Shown: one piece after another, positions 10,818-21,274 of the stretch
How positions within the stretch are numbered: the stretch's first letter is position 1
Layout of the letters: each line of letters begins with the position of its first letter
NCBI GenBank assembly: GCA_963714275.1
Contig: CAVQNT010000002.1
Span: 1 to 64,000 of the forward strand
Reading direction: 5' to 3'
Length of the DNA: 64,000 nucleotides
Source of the DNA: Candidatus Bathyarchaeota archaeon
GTDB taxonomy: Archaea > Thermoproteota > Bathyarchaeia > Bathyarchaeales > DTEX01
Made by a program: the position numbers and the translations under genes
Notes under the pieces: model-generated
Seen by the model: the letters and a program-made list of their open reading frames with translations, nothing else
The model's database searches: none
Told to the model about the DNA's origin: nothing

Positions 10818-12174
10818 TCCTGCCGTGAATCAATCTCCAAAAACTGTGCGCATGATCAGCTTAGGATGCCCCAAGAATTTAGTGGACAGTGAAGTTATGC
10901 TCGGCCTTCTCCAGGAGAAAGGCTGGATTCCTTCTACCAAGGACGAAGCCGATGTAGTCATCATTAACACCTGCAGTTTCATCCGCGAGGCCAAAGAAGA
11001 ATCCATCGCCACGATCCTGGACATGGCCGCAGCCAAAGAAAAGGGGAAATGCCAGCGGCTGGTGGTCACGGGTTGTCTTCCCCAGCGCTACGGATCTGAG
11101 TTGCTTCAGGAACTCCCCGAGGTCGATCTATTCCTGGGGACGGGTGAATGGGATCGGATTGCTGACCTTTTGCAAAAATCCGCCCAGGGCGAACTTCGCC
11201 GAAAGCAGTTCATTGCTCGCCCCACCAACCTGTATGATCACCGGACCCCTCGCCTGTTTACCTCCAGCCCTGGCAGTGTTTACCTAAAGATAGCCGAAGG
11301 GTGCTCCAACCACTGTTCCTACTGCGTCATTCCTCGGATCCGGGGAAAGCTGCGTAGCCGGAAGATTTCTTCCGTCCTTCAGGAAGCCCAGCAATCGGTT
11401 TCCCGGGGGGTGAAGGAAGTCAATCTCATCGCTCAGGATGTCACTGCTTATGGGCGGGACCTTCAAGATGGGACTGACCTGACCCGCCTGTTACAGAGCC
11501 TGGTGAAGGTCAAAGGGCTAAAATGGATTCGCCTCCTCTATGCTCATCCCGGGCACGTTACTCCGGAGTTGATCCGCCTTATTCGGGAAGAAGAGAAGAT
11601 TTGCAAATATCTGGATCTTCCCCTGCAACATATCGACGATCACCTTTTGAGAGCCATGAACAGGCCTGTTTCCAGCAGCCAGGTGCGTGAATTGATCGCC
11701 CGACTCCGGAAAGAAATTCCCGGAATCACCCTGCGTACCTCTTTGATGGTAGGCTTCCCAGGGGAAACAGAAAAGAGATTCCGCAGGCTCTTTGACTTGG
11801 TTAAAGAGGCTCATTTCGAACACTTGGGAGTCTTTCGCTATTCGAAGGAAGAGGGCACGGCGGCGGCAACCTTAAAGGGTCATGTCTCCGCAAGGGTCAA
11901 GGAGCAGCGGTACCATCAAATCATGCGCCTGCAAAGGCAGATTTCTCTGCGCAAGCAGAAAGAGAAAATGGGCTCTCGGCTTGCAGTTCTTGTAAACCGG
12001 GCGGGAACATCTTCCGGGGTTTTATGGGAGGGGAGAACCCAGGGGCAGGCACCGGAAGTTGATGGGGTTACCTTCTTGCGCCGGGGTAGGGCCCAGCCTG
12101 GAGAGATCGTCGAAGCCGTGATTACCGAAGCAACTGCCTATGATTTCTATGGAGATATTATCGGCCCCGTATGA
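10807..12174 (+). CDS. rimO: Ribosomal protein S12 methylthiotransferase RimO
   Basis: SLGCPKNLVDSE, INTCSFI, radical-SAM CSNHCSYC, C-terminal TRAM-like APEVDG. Confidence 0.95.
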   Translation: MENNPAVNQSPKTVRMISLGCPKNLVDSEVMLGLLQEKGWIPSTKDEADVVIINTCSFIREAKEESIATILDMAAAKEKGKCQRLVVTGCLPQRYGSELLQELPEVDLFLGTGEWDRIADLLQKSAQGELRRKQFIARPTNLYDHRTPRLFTSSPGSVYLKIAEGCSNHCSYCVIPRIRGKLRSRKISSVLQEAQQSVSRGVKEVNLIAQDVTAYGRDLQDGTDLTRLLQSLVKVKGLKWIRLLYAHPGHVTPELIRLIREEEKICKYLDLPLQHIDDHLLRAMNRPVSSSQVRELIARLRKEIPGITLRTSLMVGFPGETEKRFRRLFDLVKEAHFEHLGVFRYSKEEGTAAATLKGHVSARVKEQRYHQIMRLQRQISLRKQKEKMGSRLAVLVNRAGTSSGVLWEGRTQGQAPEVDGVTFLRRGRAQPGEIVEAVITEATAYDFYGDIIGPV

Positions 12175-12324
12175 GCCCCAGAATTTTCTGAATATCATCA
12201 ATTGTTCATTCTCACCAAGAATGGCCAAGATCTCTTGCGCGACAAACCGGCGGTCACACACATCAGCCTTGGACGATGTTGCCCGCTGGGTTAGTTTTGA
12301 AGTACTCCATATCCTACCCTTCTT

Positions 12325-14061
12325 TCAAGCCTCCAAGGGGCGCGCGTCTTGGGCGACTTTCACAATCGAGTCCAGTTTCTCTATTACCTCTGGCCCTATG
12401 AGGCCTTCAGGAACCAGTTCGGCCAGCACGTGATAATCGCTCTTGCGCATTAAGTTGGGTAAACCCAGCCGCTTAAAAAATGCATCAAAAAGACGGTCTA
12501 AAAATTCGTCGCTAGCTTTGACATCACTCCACCAGCGATCATCCCGATTGCGGAGAGCGACAGGGAGCACGAGGTCATTAATACAATCCTGCATAATAGC
12601 TTGGCGTTTACCCGCTTCAGCGGCAGCAAAAAGAGGTCCTGGCTGGTCTTTCTGAGCCGATGCCGTGGCATACGTCAACAGGACTTCAGGATAACAAAGA
12701 TAGTTCTCAATTTCTCGCCGGTTCCACATAATCTCCCACAGCCCTGGCGGTTGTTGCATCTCTCGATCAAGGCGGTCATAAATGGCCAGACCAGCAAGAT
12801 CTTTTTTTGCTTCTCGCAGCCCAAAGAAATGGTCACGTGCTCTTTGAGGCTTATTGGCTAAATAATGCACAAAAGGCCTTTCCAGATAACGAGCGGCAGG
12901 ATGACCTATGCTGAGAGCGAAGGCCTGCAGGATAGCAAGATCAGTGGAACCCTCCAGGTAGAGCACCCAGCCAGTTTGTTCCGCCTGGTAATACTGATCA
13001 AATCCGATTTCCGCTAACGCCTTTAGAACCTGGCTGCCCCGGTCGTCAATACGATGCGGGCTGCCGACAAAAGCAATTACAACATCGCGATCCGCAGCTT
13101 CATTCAATACCACCTCGGAATGGCTGGCGGCTACAATCTGGCTGCCTTGCTGGCGAGCTACCTGGGTCAGCAACTGATAGATTTGCCGCTGACGGAGGAT
13201 TTCCAGATGAGCATCGGGCTCATCCAGCAGCAAGACAGAGCCGGGGTTGCCATAAAGGTAAGCCAATAAAAGCAGCGTTTGTTGCAATCCTCGCCCGGAA
13301 GCCGAAATATCCAGGCGAATTCTGGATGGTTCACGGTAGGTCATGTTGATTTCTCCTCGCTCGGCGATGTACTGGGGGCTATCCAGGTTTACGCCGAAGA
13401 GGAAACGGATATGTTTCAACACCTCTCGCCATTGGTCTGGTGCACTTTCTGCGATTCCAAAGCAGAGATTACGCAGCACTTGGGCTGTTTGTCCCTCTCC
13501 TACCAAAACACTGATGCGGCCTGGTTCCCATTTTGGTTCCACTGCCGCCAGTCCGGACATGGGTGGTAGGAAAGCAATACGCTGCTTGCTGGCCTGGGCT
13601 GGCACCGGCATCCGTGGTGCATTTTTTTCATTGGACTTGCGCAACGGGCGACAGTAGAGAGATTCCTCGTTAGCATAGTCGAATTCCAAGCCGCACTGCC
13701 AAGGCTGGCCCTCAGTAACACCTTCAACTACGATTTCAACGCGAACGTTTTGGGTCCTCGGCTTGCCATTTACCTGTTTAACATCTCTTACATGCAGGTC
13801 ACGCCAGAGCAGGTTAGCATCAGGGACTGGCATAGCAATAAGATCACGACGGCTGATCGTCACGCCCGGACGCTTTTCTGGTGCCTGCTTCCCACTGCGC
13901 TTTTCATTCCACCGCCGCAGGCCAATATCCCATAGTGATAAGGCCTGCAAGGCTGTGGTCTTGCCAGAATTGTTCGGCCCGATCAGCACCACCGGGTTCC
14001 CCAACTCGATGTCAATATTATCAAAACGTTTGAAATTGCGCACAATCAGACGGGTCAGCAT
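12325..14061 (-). CDS. ABC-type ATPase fused to a TOPRIM-like domain (OLD-like ATP-dependent nuclease)
   Basis: Walker A GPNNSGKT, signature SGRG, Walker B LLLDEPDAHL, H-loop ASHS, then LEGSTD...YDRLD...RREIENYL. Confidence 0.75.
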   Translation of the reverse strand: MLTRLIVRNFKRFDNIDIELGNPVVLIGPNNSGKTTALQALSLWDIGLRRWNEKRSGKQAPEKRPGVTISRRDLIAMPVPDANLLWRDLHVRDVKQVNGKPRTQNVRVEIVVEGVTEGQPWQCGLEFDYANEESLYCRPLRKSNEKNAPRMPVPAQASKQRIAFLPPMSGLAAVEPKWEPGRISVLVGEGQTAQVLRNLCFGIAESAPDQWREVLKHIRFLFGVNLDSPQYIAERGEINMTYREPSRIRLDISASGRGLQQTLLLLAYLYGNPGSVLLLDEPDAHLEILRQRQIYQLLTQVARQQGSQIVAASHSEVVLNEAADRDVVIAFVGSPHRIDDRGSQVLKALAEIGFDQYYQAEQTGWVLYLEGSTDLAILQAFALSIGHPAARYLERPFVHYLANKPQRARDHFFGLREAKKDLAGLAIYDRLDREMQQPPGLWEIMWNRREIENYLCYPEVLLTYATASAQKDQPGPLFAAAEAGKRQAIMQDCINDLVLPVALRNRDDRWWSDVKASDEFLDRLFDAFFKRLGLPNLMRKSDYHVLAELVPEGLIGPEVIEKLDSIVKVAQDARPLEA

Positions 14062-14655
14062 GTCGAAGCCTCCACAGAATTCTTTAATGGTTCCCAGAGT
14101 CTTTAATATTTATCATAAACCCAAATAATGCGTGAAGGAGCCAAAAGTTACGATTTAAGCAAACGGTCAAAAATCCTCTCAAGTAAATTCCTTACCGCTA
14201 ATATCCACCCGTTGGGCTGTTTTTAAATCGATCCAGATTCATGTGAATCTCTTTTCCCATATTATTTGCAAGGATAAATTTCTGTTAACGTCCCGGTCCA
14301 GTGTTAGCTGTCATGGCTATTTCCAAACCCGTACAATGCACGTTCTGCACGAACGTCCCGTTTTCCGACTTCGCATATCTCCGAATTATATTTAAGCATA
14401 GTTCCCCAGCCAACAATTATACTTTTAAGGCAAAAAGTATAATTTCACCTGGAATTTCGCTGATCAGTTCAAGAATGGCCTGAGAAGAAAAAGTCTTTCC
14501 ATATGACGTTTCGCCAACCGGCTGTAGTATACCCGCCTTAACCAATCTTTCTACATTTCGCTGGGCGCTTGGGTAGGTTCCCGCAAGATTCTTTGAGCCA
14601 TTGGTATTGTGATGAGGGGCGAAGCAAACAGGCTATCCACTAAACGGAGCAATAA

Positions 14656-14838
14656 AGCTGGTACAATGCCGAACTGGCCAACCGGGTGGCCTACCATTGC
14701 GTTCAGCTCCATGGAGGCTATGGCTACATGGAGGAATACGAAATCTCCCGCGCCGCCGTGGACGTGCGCATGGGCTCCATCGCCGCCGGGACCACAGAGG
14801 TCATGAAAACGATTATTGCCCGGATGATGGGATTGTAA
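14656..14838 (+). pseudogene. 3' fragment of an acyl-CoA dehydrogenase
   Basis: Frame reads WYNAELANRVAYHCVQLHGGYGYMEEYEISRAAVDVRMGSIAAGTTEVMKTIIARMMGL*; in-frame stop and no start upstream. Confidence 0.85.
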
Positions 14839-14846
14839 AAGGAAAA

Positions 14847-14948
14847 GGGTTCGAGGATTCAAGGGTTCGAAAGGGGCAATAGAAAAGACAAGGGAAAAAA
14901 GAAAAGGAAATAATCTCGAATCCGCGAACCCTTGGCCCCTTGAACCCT
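14847..14948. repeat. Octamer-periodic palindromic repeat (family B')
   Basis: GGGTTCGA GGATTCAA GGGTTCGA ... TCGAATCC GCGAACCC TTGGCCCC TTGAACCC. Confidence 0.8.
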
Positions 14949-14957
14949 AGTTTTTCT

Positions 14958-15662
14958 TCACACTCCCAAGAAATGCTGGATCACTTCTTCGTTCTGCAGG
15001 AGATCTTTAGCCCGGCCCTCGAGCTTGATCTTTCCGCCCTCTAAGATGTAGCCCCGCTCCCCGACCTCCAAAGCCTTTTTTGCATTCTGCTCGACCATCA
15101 ACAGAGAGATTCGCTCCCGGTGGATTTCCCGGACGGCTTCGAAGAGAGAAGCGACCAATATCGGCGCCAAGCCGCTGGTGATTTCATCGAGAAGGATCAA
15201 TTGGGGTTCAATCATCAGCCCGCAACCGATGGCCAACATCTGTCTCTCCCCTCCGCTCAGGGTCCCCGCATTTTGACTTCGCCGTTCCTTGAGCTTGGGG
15301 AATTTGGCATAAACATAATCCAGCCGGGAACGGGATCGCTTCCCATACAGGATCGCTCCCATTTCCAAATTCTCCAGTACGGTGAGGGAAGGGAATATGC
15401 TATTGTCTTGGGGAATATAAGAAACGCCCTGCTGGGAAATCTCTTCGGGCTTAAGCCCCATGATTTCCTTCCCGTTGTAGAGGATACGTCCCTGGTGCAG
15501 GTCCACAAAACCGAAGATCGTCTTCAAGAGCGTGGACTTACCCGCGCCGTTGGGCCCAATGAGCACGACGAACTCCCCCTTCTCCACGCCCATACTGATG
15601 TTTTCCAGGACGGTCATCTTGCCATACCCAGAATGAACCGAATCAACCTTCAGCAAGCTCAT
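14958..15662 (-). CDS. livF: Branched-chain amino acid ABC transporter ATPase
   Basis: GPNGAGKST, LSGGERQML, LLMVEQNA. Confidence 0.9.
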   Translation of the reverse strand: MSLLKVDSVHSGYGKMTVLENISMGVEKGEFVVLIGPNGAGKSTLLKTIFGFVDLHQGRILYNGKEIMGLKPEEISQQGVSYIPQDNSIFPSLTVLENLEMGAILYGKRSRSRLDYVYAKFPKLKERRSQNAGTLSGGERQMLAIGCGLMIEPQLILLDEITSGLAPILVASLFEAVREIHRERISLLMVEQNAKKALEVGERGYILEGGKIKLEGRAKDLLQNEEVIQHFLGV

Positions 15663-15663
15663 T

Positions 15664-16425
15664 TCAGGCTCCCAAATAGGCTTCGATGACCTGGGGGTTC
15701 TGCTGGACTTCCCGGGGAGTCCCTTCGGCCAGCTTCTGGCCGTTATTCATGACAAATATTCTGTCGCAGAGGTTCATGATCACTTCCATTTTATGCTCAA
15801 CAATCAAGAAGGTCAGACCGCGTTCTTTCCGCAGGGCCTCGATATAGGCCATCAGTTTTCTGGTTTCCTCGAAGGTCGCCCCGGAGGTGGGTTCATCTAA
15901 GAGAAGCATTTCCGGTTCGGTCATCAGAGCCCGGGCAACTTCCAGCATCTTTCGCTGGCCTCCGGAAAGATTGGTGGCCAGTTCATGTTTCAGATGGGCA
16001 AGCCCGACAATCTCCAAAATTTGCAGGGCCTGATCCAAGTTTTCTTTCTCCCTGTCCCGCGCCTTTTGCGACTTCATGATGGCATGCCAGAGCTGTTCCC
16101 CATACTGGTCCTTGGGTGCCAGGAGCATGTTTTCCAGCACCGTCATATTCTTCAACTCGCGCGCAATCTGAAAGGTTCGTACCAGACCCAGAAGGCATAT
16201 CTCGTATGATTCCAGGCCATCGATCTGATGATCTTTAAAAAAGATGGCCCCGGCAGTCGGCTTGTAAAATCCGGCCAGGAGGTTGAAGAGGGTGGTCTTT
16301 CCGGCGCCGTTGGGCCCGATCAGCCCGCAAATGGCCCCCTTTCCCACAGCGATGCTGCAGTGATCCACAGCCCTCAGGCCGCCAAAATCCTTGACCACTT
16401 CTTTGGCCTCAAGCAGAGAGGTCAT
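15664..16425 (-). CDS. livG: Branched-chain amino acid ABC transporter ATPase
   Basis: FGGL.AV, GPNGAGKTT, VEH.M, C-terminal V.EAYLG. Confidence 0.9.
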   Translation of the reverse strand: MTSLLEAKEVVKDFGGLRAVDHCSIAVGKGAICGLIGPNGAGKTTLFNLLAGFYKPTAGAIFFKDHQIDGLESYEICLLGLVRTFQIARELKNMTVLENMLLAPKDQYGEQLWHAIMKSQKARDREKENLDQALQILEIVGLAHLKHELATNLSGGQRKMLEVARALMTEPEMLLLDEPTSGATFEETRKLMAYIEALRKERGLTFLIVEHKMEVIMNLCDRIFVMNNGQKLAEGTPREVQQNPQVIEAYLGA

Positions 16426-17372
16426 GACTCTTTCTCCATCCTCACAGCCTTTTCCGGGATGAGCCCCTGTGGCCGGAAACGAAGGCAGAGGATCAAAAGG
16501 AGCCCGATGACCATCAGCCGCAGGGCGGGAACTAAATAAGTGTATCCTTCAATGGTCGGCAGAAAGCGCGTGGCTTGCTGGAGGAAGCCGATCAAAACCA
16601 GGGTCCCCAAGATGGCCCCTTTATTATTTCCGCTTCCTCCGATGGTGAGGGAAACCCAGATCAGAAAGGTGATGTCGGGAACGAATTCGTGGGGCATGAT
16701 CGAACCGCTGTAATGGGCCCAGAGGCTGCCGGCCACGCCGGCATAGGCAGCACCGAAAACGAAGGCCAACATGCGGAACTTGAAAATTTTCTTTCCTAAG
16801 GCCTCCGTGACCGTCTCGTCTTCGCGAATCCCCTTGAGAACCCTTCCCAGGGGAGAATTATAAACCCGCTGTGAGATGAGGTAGAGGATGAGCAAAATGG
16901 CTAATACCAGGAGAAAATAAAACAGGGCGTCGAGAAGATTCGAGTGCCCCGAAAAGGGCCGGGGAAGGTTCCGGATTCCCTGGGAGCCACGGGTCAGCCA
17001 TTTCTCATTTACGGCCACGTAACGAATGATTTCGGACAATCCGATGGTCATGATGGCCAAATAATCTCCGCGAAGGCGCAGGGTCGGGATTCCGATCAGG
17101 TAAGCAACTAGCGCCGCGGCGGCCGCGGCGGCCAAAAGCCCCCCGAAGAAAGGCACACCGAAGCCCAAACTATGGCGTACGCCGAAGACTAATTCCTCAG
17201 AAGAGGGGGAGGTCAGGATCGCCGAGGTATAAGCTCCGATGGCAAAGAAGCCGGCGATTCCGAAGTCGAGCAATCCGGTATATCCCCAGCGGATGTTCAG
17301 GGCCAGGGTCAAGATGGAGTAAATGGCCACGATCGTGGCAATGGACAAGAGGAAAGATATGAACCCTTCCAT
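16422..17372 (-). CDS. livM: Branched-chain amino acid ABC permease
   Basis: LRLRGDYLAI.T, SPLGRVLKGIREDE. Confidence 0.9.
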   Translation of the reverse strand: MEGFISFLLSIATIVAIYSILTLALNIRWGYTGLLDFGIAGFFAIGAYTSAILTSPSSEELVFGVRHSLGFGVPFFGGLLAAAAAAALVAYLIGIPTLRLRGDYLAIMTIGLSEIIRYVAVNEKWLTRGSQGIRNLPRPFSGHSNLLDALFYFLLVLAILLILYLISQRVYNSPLGRVLKGIREDETVTEALGKKIFKFRMLAFVFGAAYAGVAGSLWAHYSGSIMPHEFVPDITFLIWVSLTIGGSGNNKGAILGTLVLIGFLQQATRFLPTIEGYTYLVPALRLMVIGLLLILCLRFRPQGLIPEKAVRMEKES

Positions 17373-17385
17373 CGTTTCCCTCTAT

Positions 17386-18243
17386 TTACCTGGTGAAGAG
17401 CCCCTTGGGCTTTAAGAGCAAAATGACCCCCATTAGGAGATAGGCGATCGCCGATTTATACTCGGACAGGGCGAAAGAGGAGGAAACCTCCATGGTGATG
17501 CCGATGATCATCGCCCCGGCCACGGCCCCATAGGGATTGCCAATCCCCCCCATGATTACGGAGGCAAAGATGACCAGGAGCACCTCAATTCCCATTTGGC
17601 TGTCCACTGTCCCCAGGAGCCCCAGCATGACCCCGGCGAGGCCGGCCAGACTTGAACTGATCAGCCAGGTCCACACCACTACGCTCTCCGTGCGGATGCC
17701 GCGAATTCTGGCCAGGTCAATATTATCTGCTGTGGCCCGAATCATCTTCCCCAGTTTGGTATGTTGCAGGAGCAGGTAGATGAGCACCATGATCAATATG
17801 GAAATCAGGATGGCCATTAATTGAGTGGGGGTGATCAGGAATGGGCCCAGTTTCATGGCTTCTTGCGTGGCCACGTTGTACATTTTGGGGTCTGGCCCCC
17901 AGACGATTAAAATGAAGTTGCGGATCATAAAAGCCAACCCCATCGTGGCAATGAGCAGGGTCAGGGGACCGGCTTTTACCGTCTCTTTCAGGGGCTTGAC
18001 CACGACCTTGTGGATGAATACTCCGAAGATTCCCGTAAAAAGCATTCCCAGGAGAGCAGACGGCAGGAGGGAGAGGCCGAGGGTGGTGTTAAAGAAAACG
18101 GCCAGATAGGCTCCCAGGGCAAGAGTATCCCCATAAGAAAAATTGATGAACTTAACCGTCCGGAACAGCAGGGACAATCCGAGAGCGGCCAGGGCCAGAA
18201 CCCCTCCCGTAATGATGCCAAAACCAATGGATAAGGCCAGCAT
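17386..18243 (-). CDS. livH: Branched-chain amino acid ABC permease
   Basis: INFSYGD, TKLGKMIRA, GGIGNP.GA, KPKGLF. Confidence 0.9.
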   Translation of the reverse strand: MLALSIGFGIITGGVLALAALGLSLLFRTVKFINFSYGDTLALGAYLAVFFNTTLGLSLLPSALLGMLFTGIFGVFIHKVVVKPLKETVKAGPLTLLIATMGLAFMIRNFILIVWGPDPKMYNVATQEAMKLGPFLITPTQLMAILISILIMVLIYLLLQHTKLGKMIRATADNIDLARIRGIRTESVVVWTWLISSSLAGLAGVMLGLLGTVDSQMGIEVLLVIFASVIMGGIGNPYGAVAGAMIIGITMEVSSSFALSEYKSAIAYLLMGVILLLKPKGLFTR

Positions 18244-18254
18244 GCATTCCCTCA

Positions 18255-18283
18255 GGGGTGAGGGCTTGGTCAGCCCTCACCCC
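18255..18283 (-). terminator. Intercistronic stem-loop after the SBP gene
   Basis: 12-bp stem GGGGTGAGGGCT / AGCCCTCACCCC. Confidence 0.6.
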
Positions 18284-18291
18284 CCTATGCC

Positions 18292-19539
18292 TTATTTCTT
18301 CTCGGCAGTGGCGTATGATTTGCGGACCTTTTCCAGGAGGGAGCCGAAGTCGTTTTCATCCAGGTAACCTAAAACTTTACGCTGGTTGTCTTCAATCTTG
18401 AAGATCCCGAGGGAGGTAACGACGTTTCCGTATTCATCGAAGTTTTGCGGACCGGCCAAGCCTTCGTAATCGATCTTCTTCCCCTCGCGCAAAAGTTTGA
18501 TCCCTTCAGCAAAACTGTAAACCTTTGTTCCCGGAGGATTGGCTACTTTACGAATATGCTCCGCGATCGCCTCTCCGTCCACCTTCTTGGCTGATTCGAT
18601 GGCCAGGGAGATGATCATAACCGCGTCATAGGTATTGACGGTGAAAACCGGCACTCCCGGCTTCCCCCGGCGCTTCTCCACTTCTTTGGCAAAGACATCA
18701 TTCCGTGGGTCCCTCTTCGCTGCCGGCTGGACTGCCCCCACCCCTTTACTGGAAGGCCAGGTGGCCTGCAGGAACTGATCGTTGACAAAGTCCGTGCCGA
18801 TCCAGTCTCCCCCCAGCTTGAGTTCGGCCCATTGTTTAAAGATGACCGCACCAGATTGCGGGTCGGCCTCGAAGAAGACCACCTCCGGTTTATTCTTAAA
18901 AGCAGTAAAGAGTTCGGACCGATAGGAAGTTTGGCGCTGGGTGAAGGTCACATCGCCGACGATCGAAATTCCGGCTGCCTTGCAGGCCGGCACCACCACC
19001 CCCCGGACACTCTGGGCACTTTCATCATCCCCGAAAAACAGGGCGGCCTTTTTGTAGCCCCGTTTGCTCGCCTCGAAGACCATTCCCGTCCCCATGACTA
19101 GGTCAGAGGAGACTGTCCGAAATACATATTTCTCTTTGACAAAATCCAGCGCGGTCGTTCCAGCCGTCGGCGAAATTTGGACGACCTTGTTCTTTATCGC
19201 AATGGGCATGACGGACCGGAAAGTGACCGAGGTCGGCCCGACGATCGCAGGGACTTTGTCGATGTTGATTAGCTTTTCCTCACCGGCGATGGCACTGTCG
19301 CTCTTCCCCTCATCGTCGGCAATGAAAAATTGGATGGGACGGCCGAGGGGTCCTCCGGCAGCGTTGATTTCGTCCCGGGCGATGTCCCCCCCAACCTGAC
19401 AGGCGGCAACCCAACCGATCGGTCCGGTGTAAGGGAGCAGTATTCCGATGGGAATAGACTCTGCGGCCAAACCCGGTGCCGGAACGATGATGGAAACCAT
19501 TCCGAAAATGATTGTTAAGAATAAAATTCCCTTCCTCAT
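18292..19539 (-). CDS. LivK-family ABC substrate-binding protein
   Basis: Signal peptide, IG.L.P.TG, INAAGG.LG, YDAV, IDYEG..G...FD. Confidence 0.9.
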   Translation of the reverse strand: MRKGILFLTIIFGMVSIIVPAPGLAAESIPIGILLPYTGPIGWVAACQVGGDIARDEINAAGGPLGRPIQFFIADDEGKSDSAIAGEEKLINIDKVPAIVGPTSVTFRSVMPIAIKNKVVQISPTAGTTALDFVKEKYVFRTVSSDLVMGTGMVFEASKRGYKKAALFFGDDESAQSVRGVVVPACKAAGISIVGDVTFTQRQTSYRSELFTAFKNKPEVVFFEADPQSGAVIFKQWAELKLGGDWIGTDFVNDQFLQATWPSSKGVGAVQPAAKRDPRNDVFAKEVEKRRGKPGVPVFTVNTYDAVMIISLAIESAKKVDGEAIAEHIRKVANPPGTKVYSFAEGIKLLREGKKIDYEGLAGPQNFDEYGNVVTSLGIFKIEDNQRKVLGYLDENDFGSLLEKVRKSYATAEKK

Positions 19540-19828
19540 TGCTTTTCTCCTTTCTGTTTCATGGGCGGGAAAGACTCACATTTCCCTTTTTGTTTGAACG
19601 ATCCATCATTACCTGGTCAACCCTCCTGAAGCGGGAATTCTCATGGCCTTTCCCGCGTTTCAAATCGCTCGGAAAAATTGGCCCTGTGTATTTACCTTCT
19701 GCTCATGCTTCAGGGAGCAAACGTTTTGATCTGTTGGATGGTTTGCGGAAAATATCCTGGAGAGGAGTGAGTCTTGAAATCTTAAGGCGCCCTGACCTCT
19801 CCCCCACTCTTCAGTTTGGATTTAAACT

Positions 19829-19924
19829 TATCTATCAAAATTAGGATGGTTTTGTCAATGTAAATTTTCAATTTCATTTGGAATCCAGAATTTTCTTGAC
19901 AGAGGGGCAAGTCTATAATATGGT
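19829..19924. promoter_or_regulatory. Back-to-back putative sigma70 promoters of the two liv operons
   Basis: Minus strand: TTGACA (19858-19853)-18-TAGATA. Plus strand: TTGACA (19896)-17-TATGGT. Confidence 0.5.
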
Positions 19925-20053
19925 CGATTTTTTGGGGGGAGTTCCTCGTCGCTAATCTGGTGCGCGGTCACCTCCCCGGGGATCCTGGCTATGGGGAATA
20001 GAAGGAATCGTCATCGCCTGCGGGCAAAATCCTCAGTTGAAAGGAGTAAGAAA

Positions 20054-21199
20054 ATGAAGCGAGCAGTCAGGTTTGGGTTATGCTTTTTCATCGCTATCCT
20101 CCTTGCGGGGCCGAGCGTCGAGAAGGCCGGCGCCGCGGATGAAATTCTTATCGGAAATGTCTCCTGTTTGACCGGGACGGCGGCCCAATACGGAATCTCC
20201 ACCTATGAAGGCCTGGAAGTGGCCATGGAGGAGATCAACGCGGCCGGGGGCATCCTGGGCAAGAAGATCCGAATTCTAAAAGGGGATGACTCCGGCGACC
20301 CAAGGCAGGCAATCAACGTGGTGCAAAAATTCATCACCAAAGATAATGTTCTGGTCATCATCGGGGCGGAGTTGACCGGGACCACTCGCGTAACGGCCCC
20401 GATCTCCAACAGCGCCGGCATGGTTCAGTTTACGGCTTCAGCTACCGGGGCTGGGTTGACCGACAACCTGCCTTTCATGTTCCGCAATGCCTTGCCGGAG
20501 GCGTACGCCATCCCTTTCGTGGTTCAGGCAGCCAAGAAAAAGTTCAACCTGGGCAGCGTAGTTATGATCACCTCCTACAATCTGGACTACTCAGTGGACT
20601 TGACAAAAATCTACGAAAAAGCTCTGAGTGCGGCAGGCATCAAAGTCCAGGATAAGATCAGCTATGCCGAGGGGGATATCGACTTCTCCGCCCAGGTGAG
20701 CAAGCTGAAAGCCTTGAAACCGGAAGCTGTCGTGATGACGGGTTATTACCAGGAGAGCGCCCAGCTAATGATCGAGATGCGGAAGCAGGGCATCATTTGT
20801 CCCATTCTCGGCTCCAACGGGTTCAACGACCCCAAAATCCTGGATTTGGCCGGCAAGGCCATGGAAGGCTCCGTCTGGGCTTCGGGTTTTTTCCCCGACA
20901 ACCCCGATCCCAAAGTTAGAAAGTTCGTGGCCCAGGTCCAGGAAAAATATAAGAAGAAACCCAACCAATTTCATGCCCAGGCTTATGATGCCCTGTGGGT
21001 CATCGCCGAGGCTATCAAGCGCGCGGGAGTGACGGAGAACACGCCGGCAAATCGCACAAAGATCCGCGATGCCTTAGCCACGACTACAAACTTCGTCGGG
21101 GTTTCCGGAACCCATACTTTCAAGCCAGGGAAAGGGGACGCGGAGAAGTCCGTATTCATCCTGACCCTTAAGGACGGGAAATATGCCCTCCTGGATTGA
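20054..21199 (+). CDS. LivK-family ABC substrate-binding protein
   Basis: AAGGAG SD before ATG 20054; signal peptide; EINAAGGILGK, DFSAQ, AQAYDA. Confidence 0.9.
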   Translation: MKRAVRFGLCFFIAILLAGPSVEKAGAADEILIGNVSCLTGTAAQYGISTYEGLEVAMEEINAAGGILGKKIRILKGDDSGDPRQAINVVQKFITKDNVLVIIGAELTGTTRVTAPISNSAGMVQFTASATGAGLTDNLPFMFRNALPEAYAIPFVVQAAKKKFNLGSVVMITSYNLDYSVDLTKIYEKALSAAGIKVQDKISYAEGDIDFSAQVSKLKALKPEAVVMTGYYQESAQLMIEMRKQGIICPILGSNGFNDPKILDLAGKAMEGSVWASGFFPDNPDPKVRKFVAQVQEKYKKKPNQFHAQAYDALWVIAEAIKRAGVTENTPANRTKIRDALATTTNFVGVSGTHTFKPGKGDAEKSVFILTLKDGKYALLD

Positions 21200-21220
21200 T
21201 GGCCGGCAGATGATCGTCAG

Positions 21221-21246
21221 AGGGGCAATTCGTGAATTGCCCCTAC
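21221..21246 (-). repeat. GTAG-type REP hairpin
   Basis: Minus strand reads GTAG-GGGCAATTCACGAATTGCCCCT. Confidence 0.65.
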
Positions 21247-21274
21247 TTTTTGGCTCCGATTCAATCAAACCCAA

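Noticed and set aside
12180-14360. Integron attC sites around the ATPase gene
   Set aside because: Isolated CTAAC/GTTAG-like words occur, but I could not pair them into a proper R''-L''-L'-R' structure, and no integrase is present.
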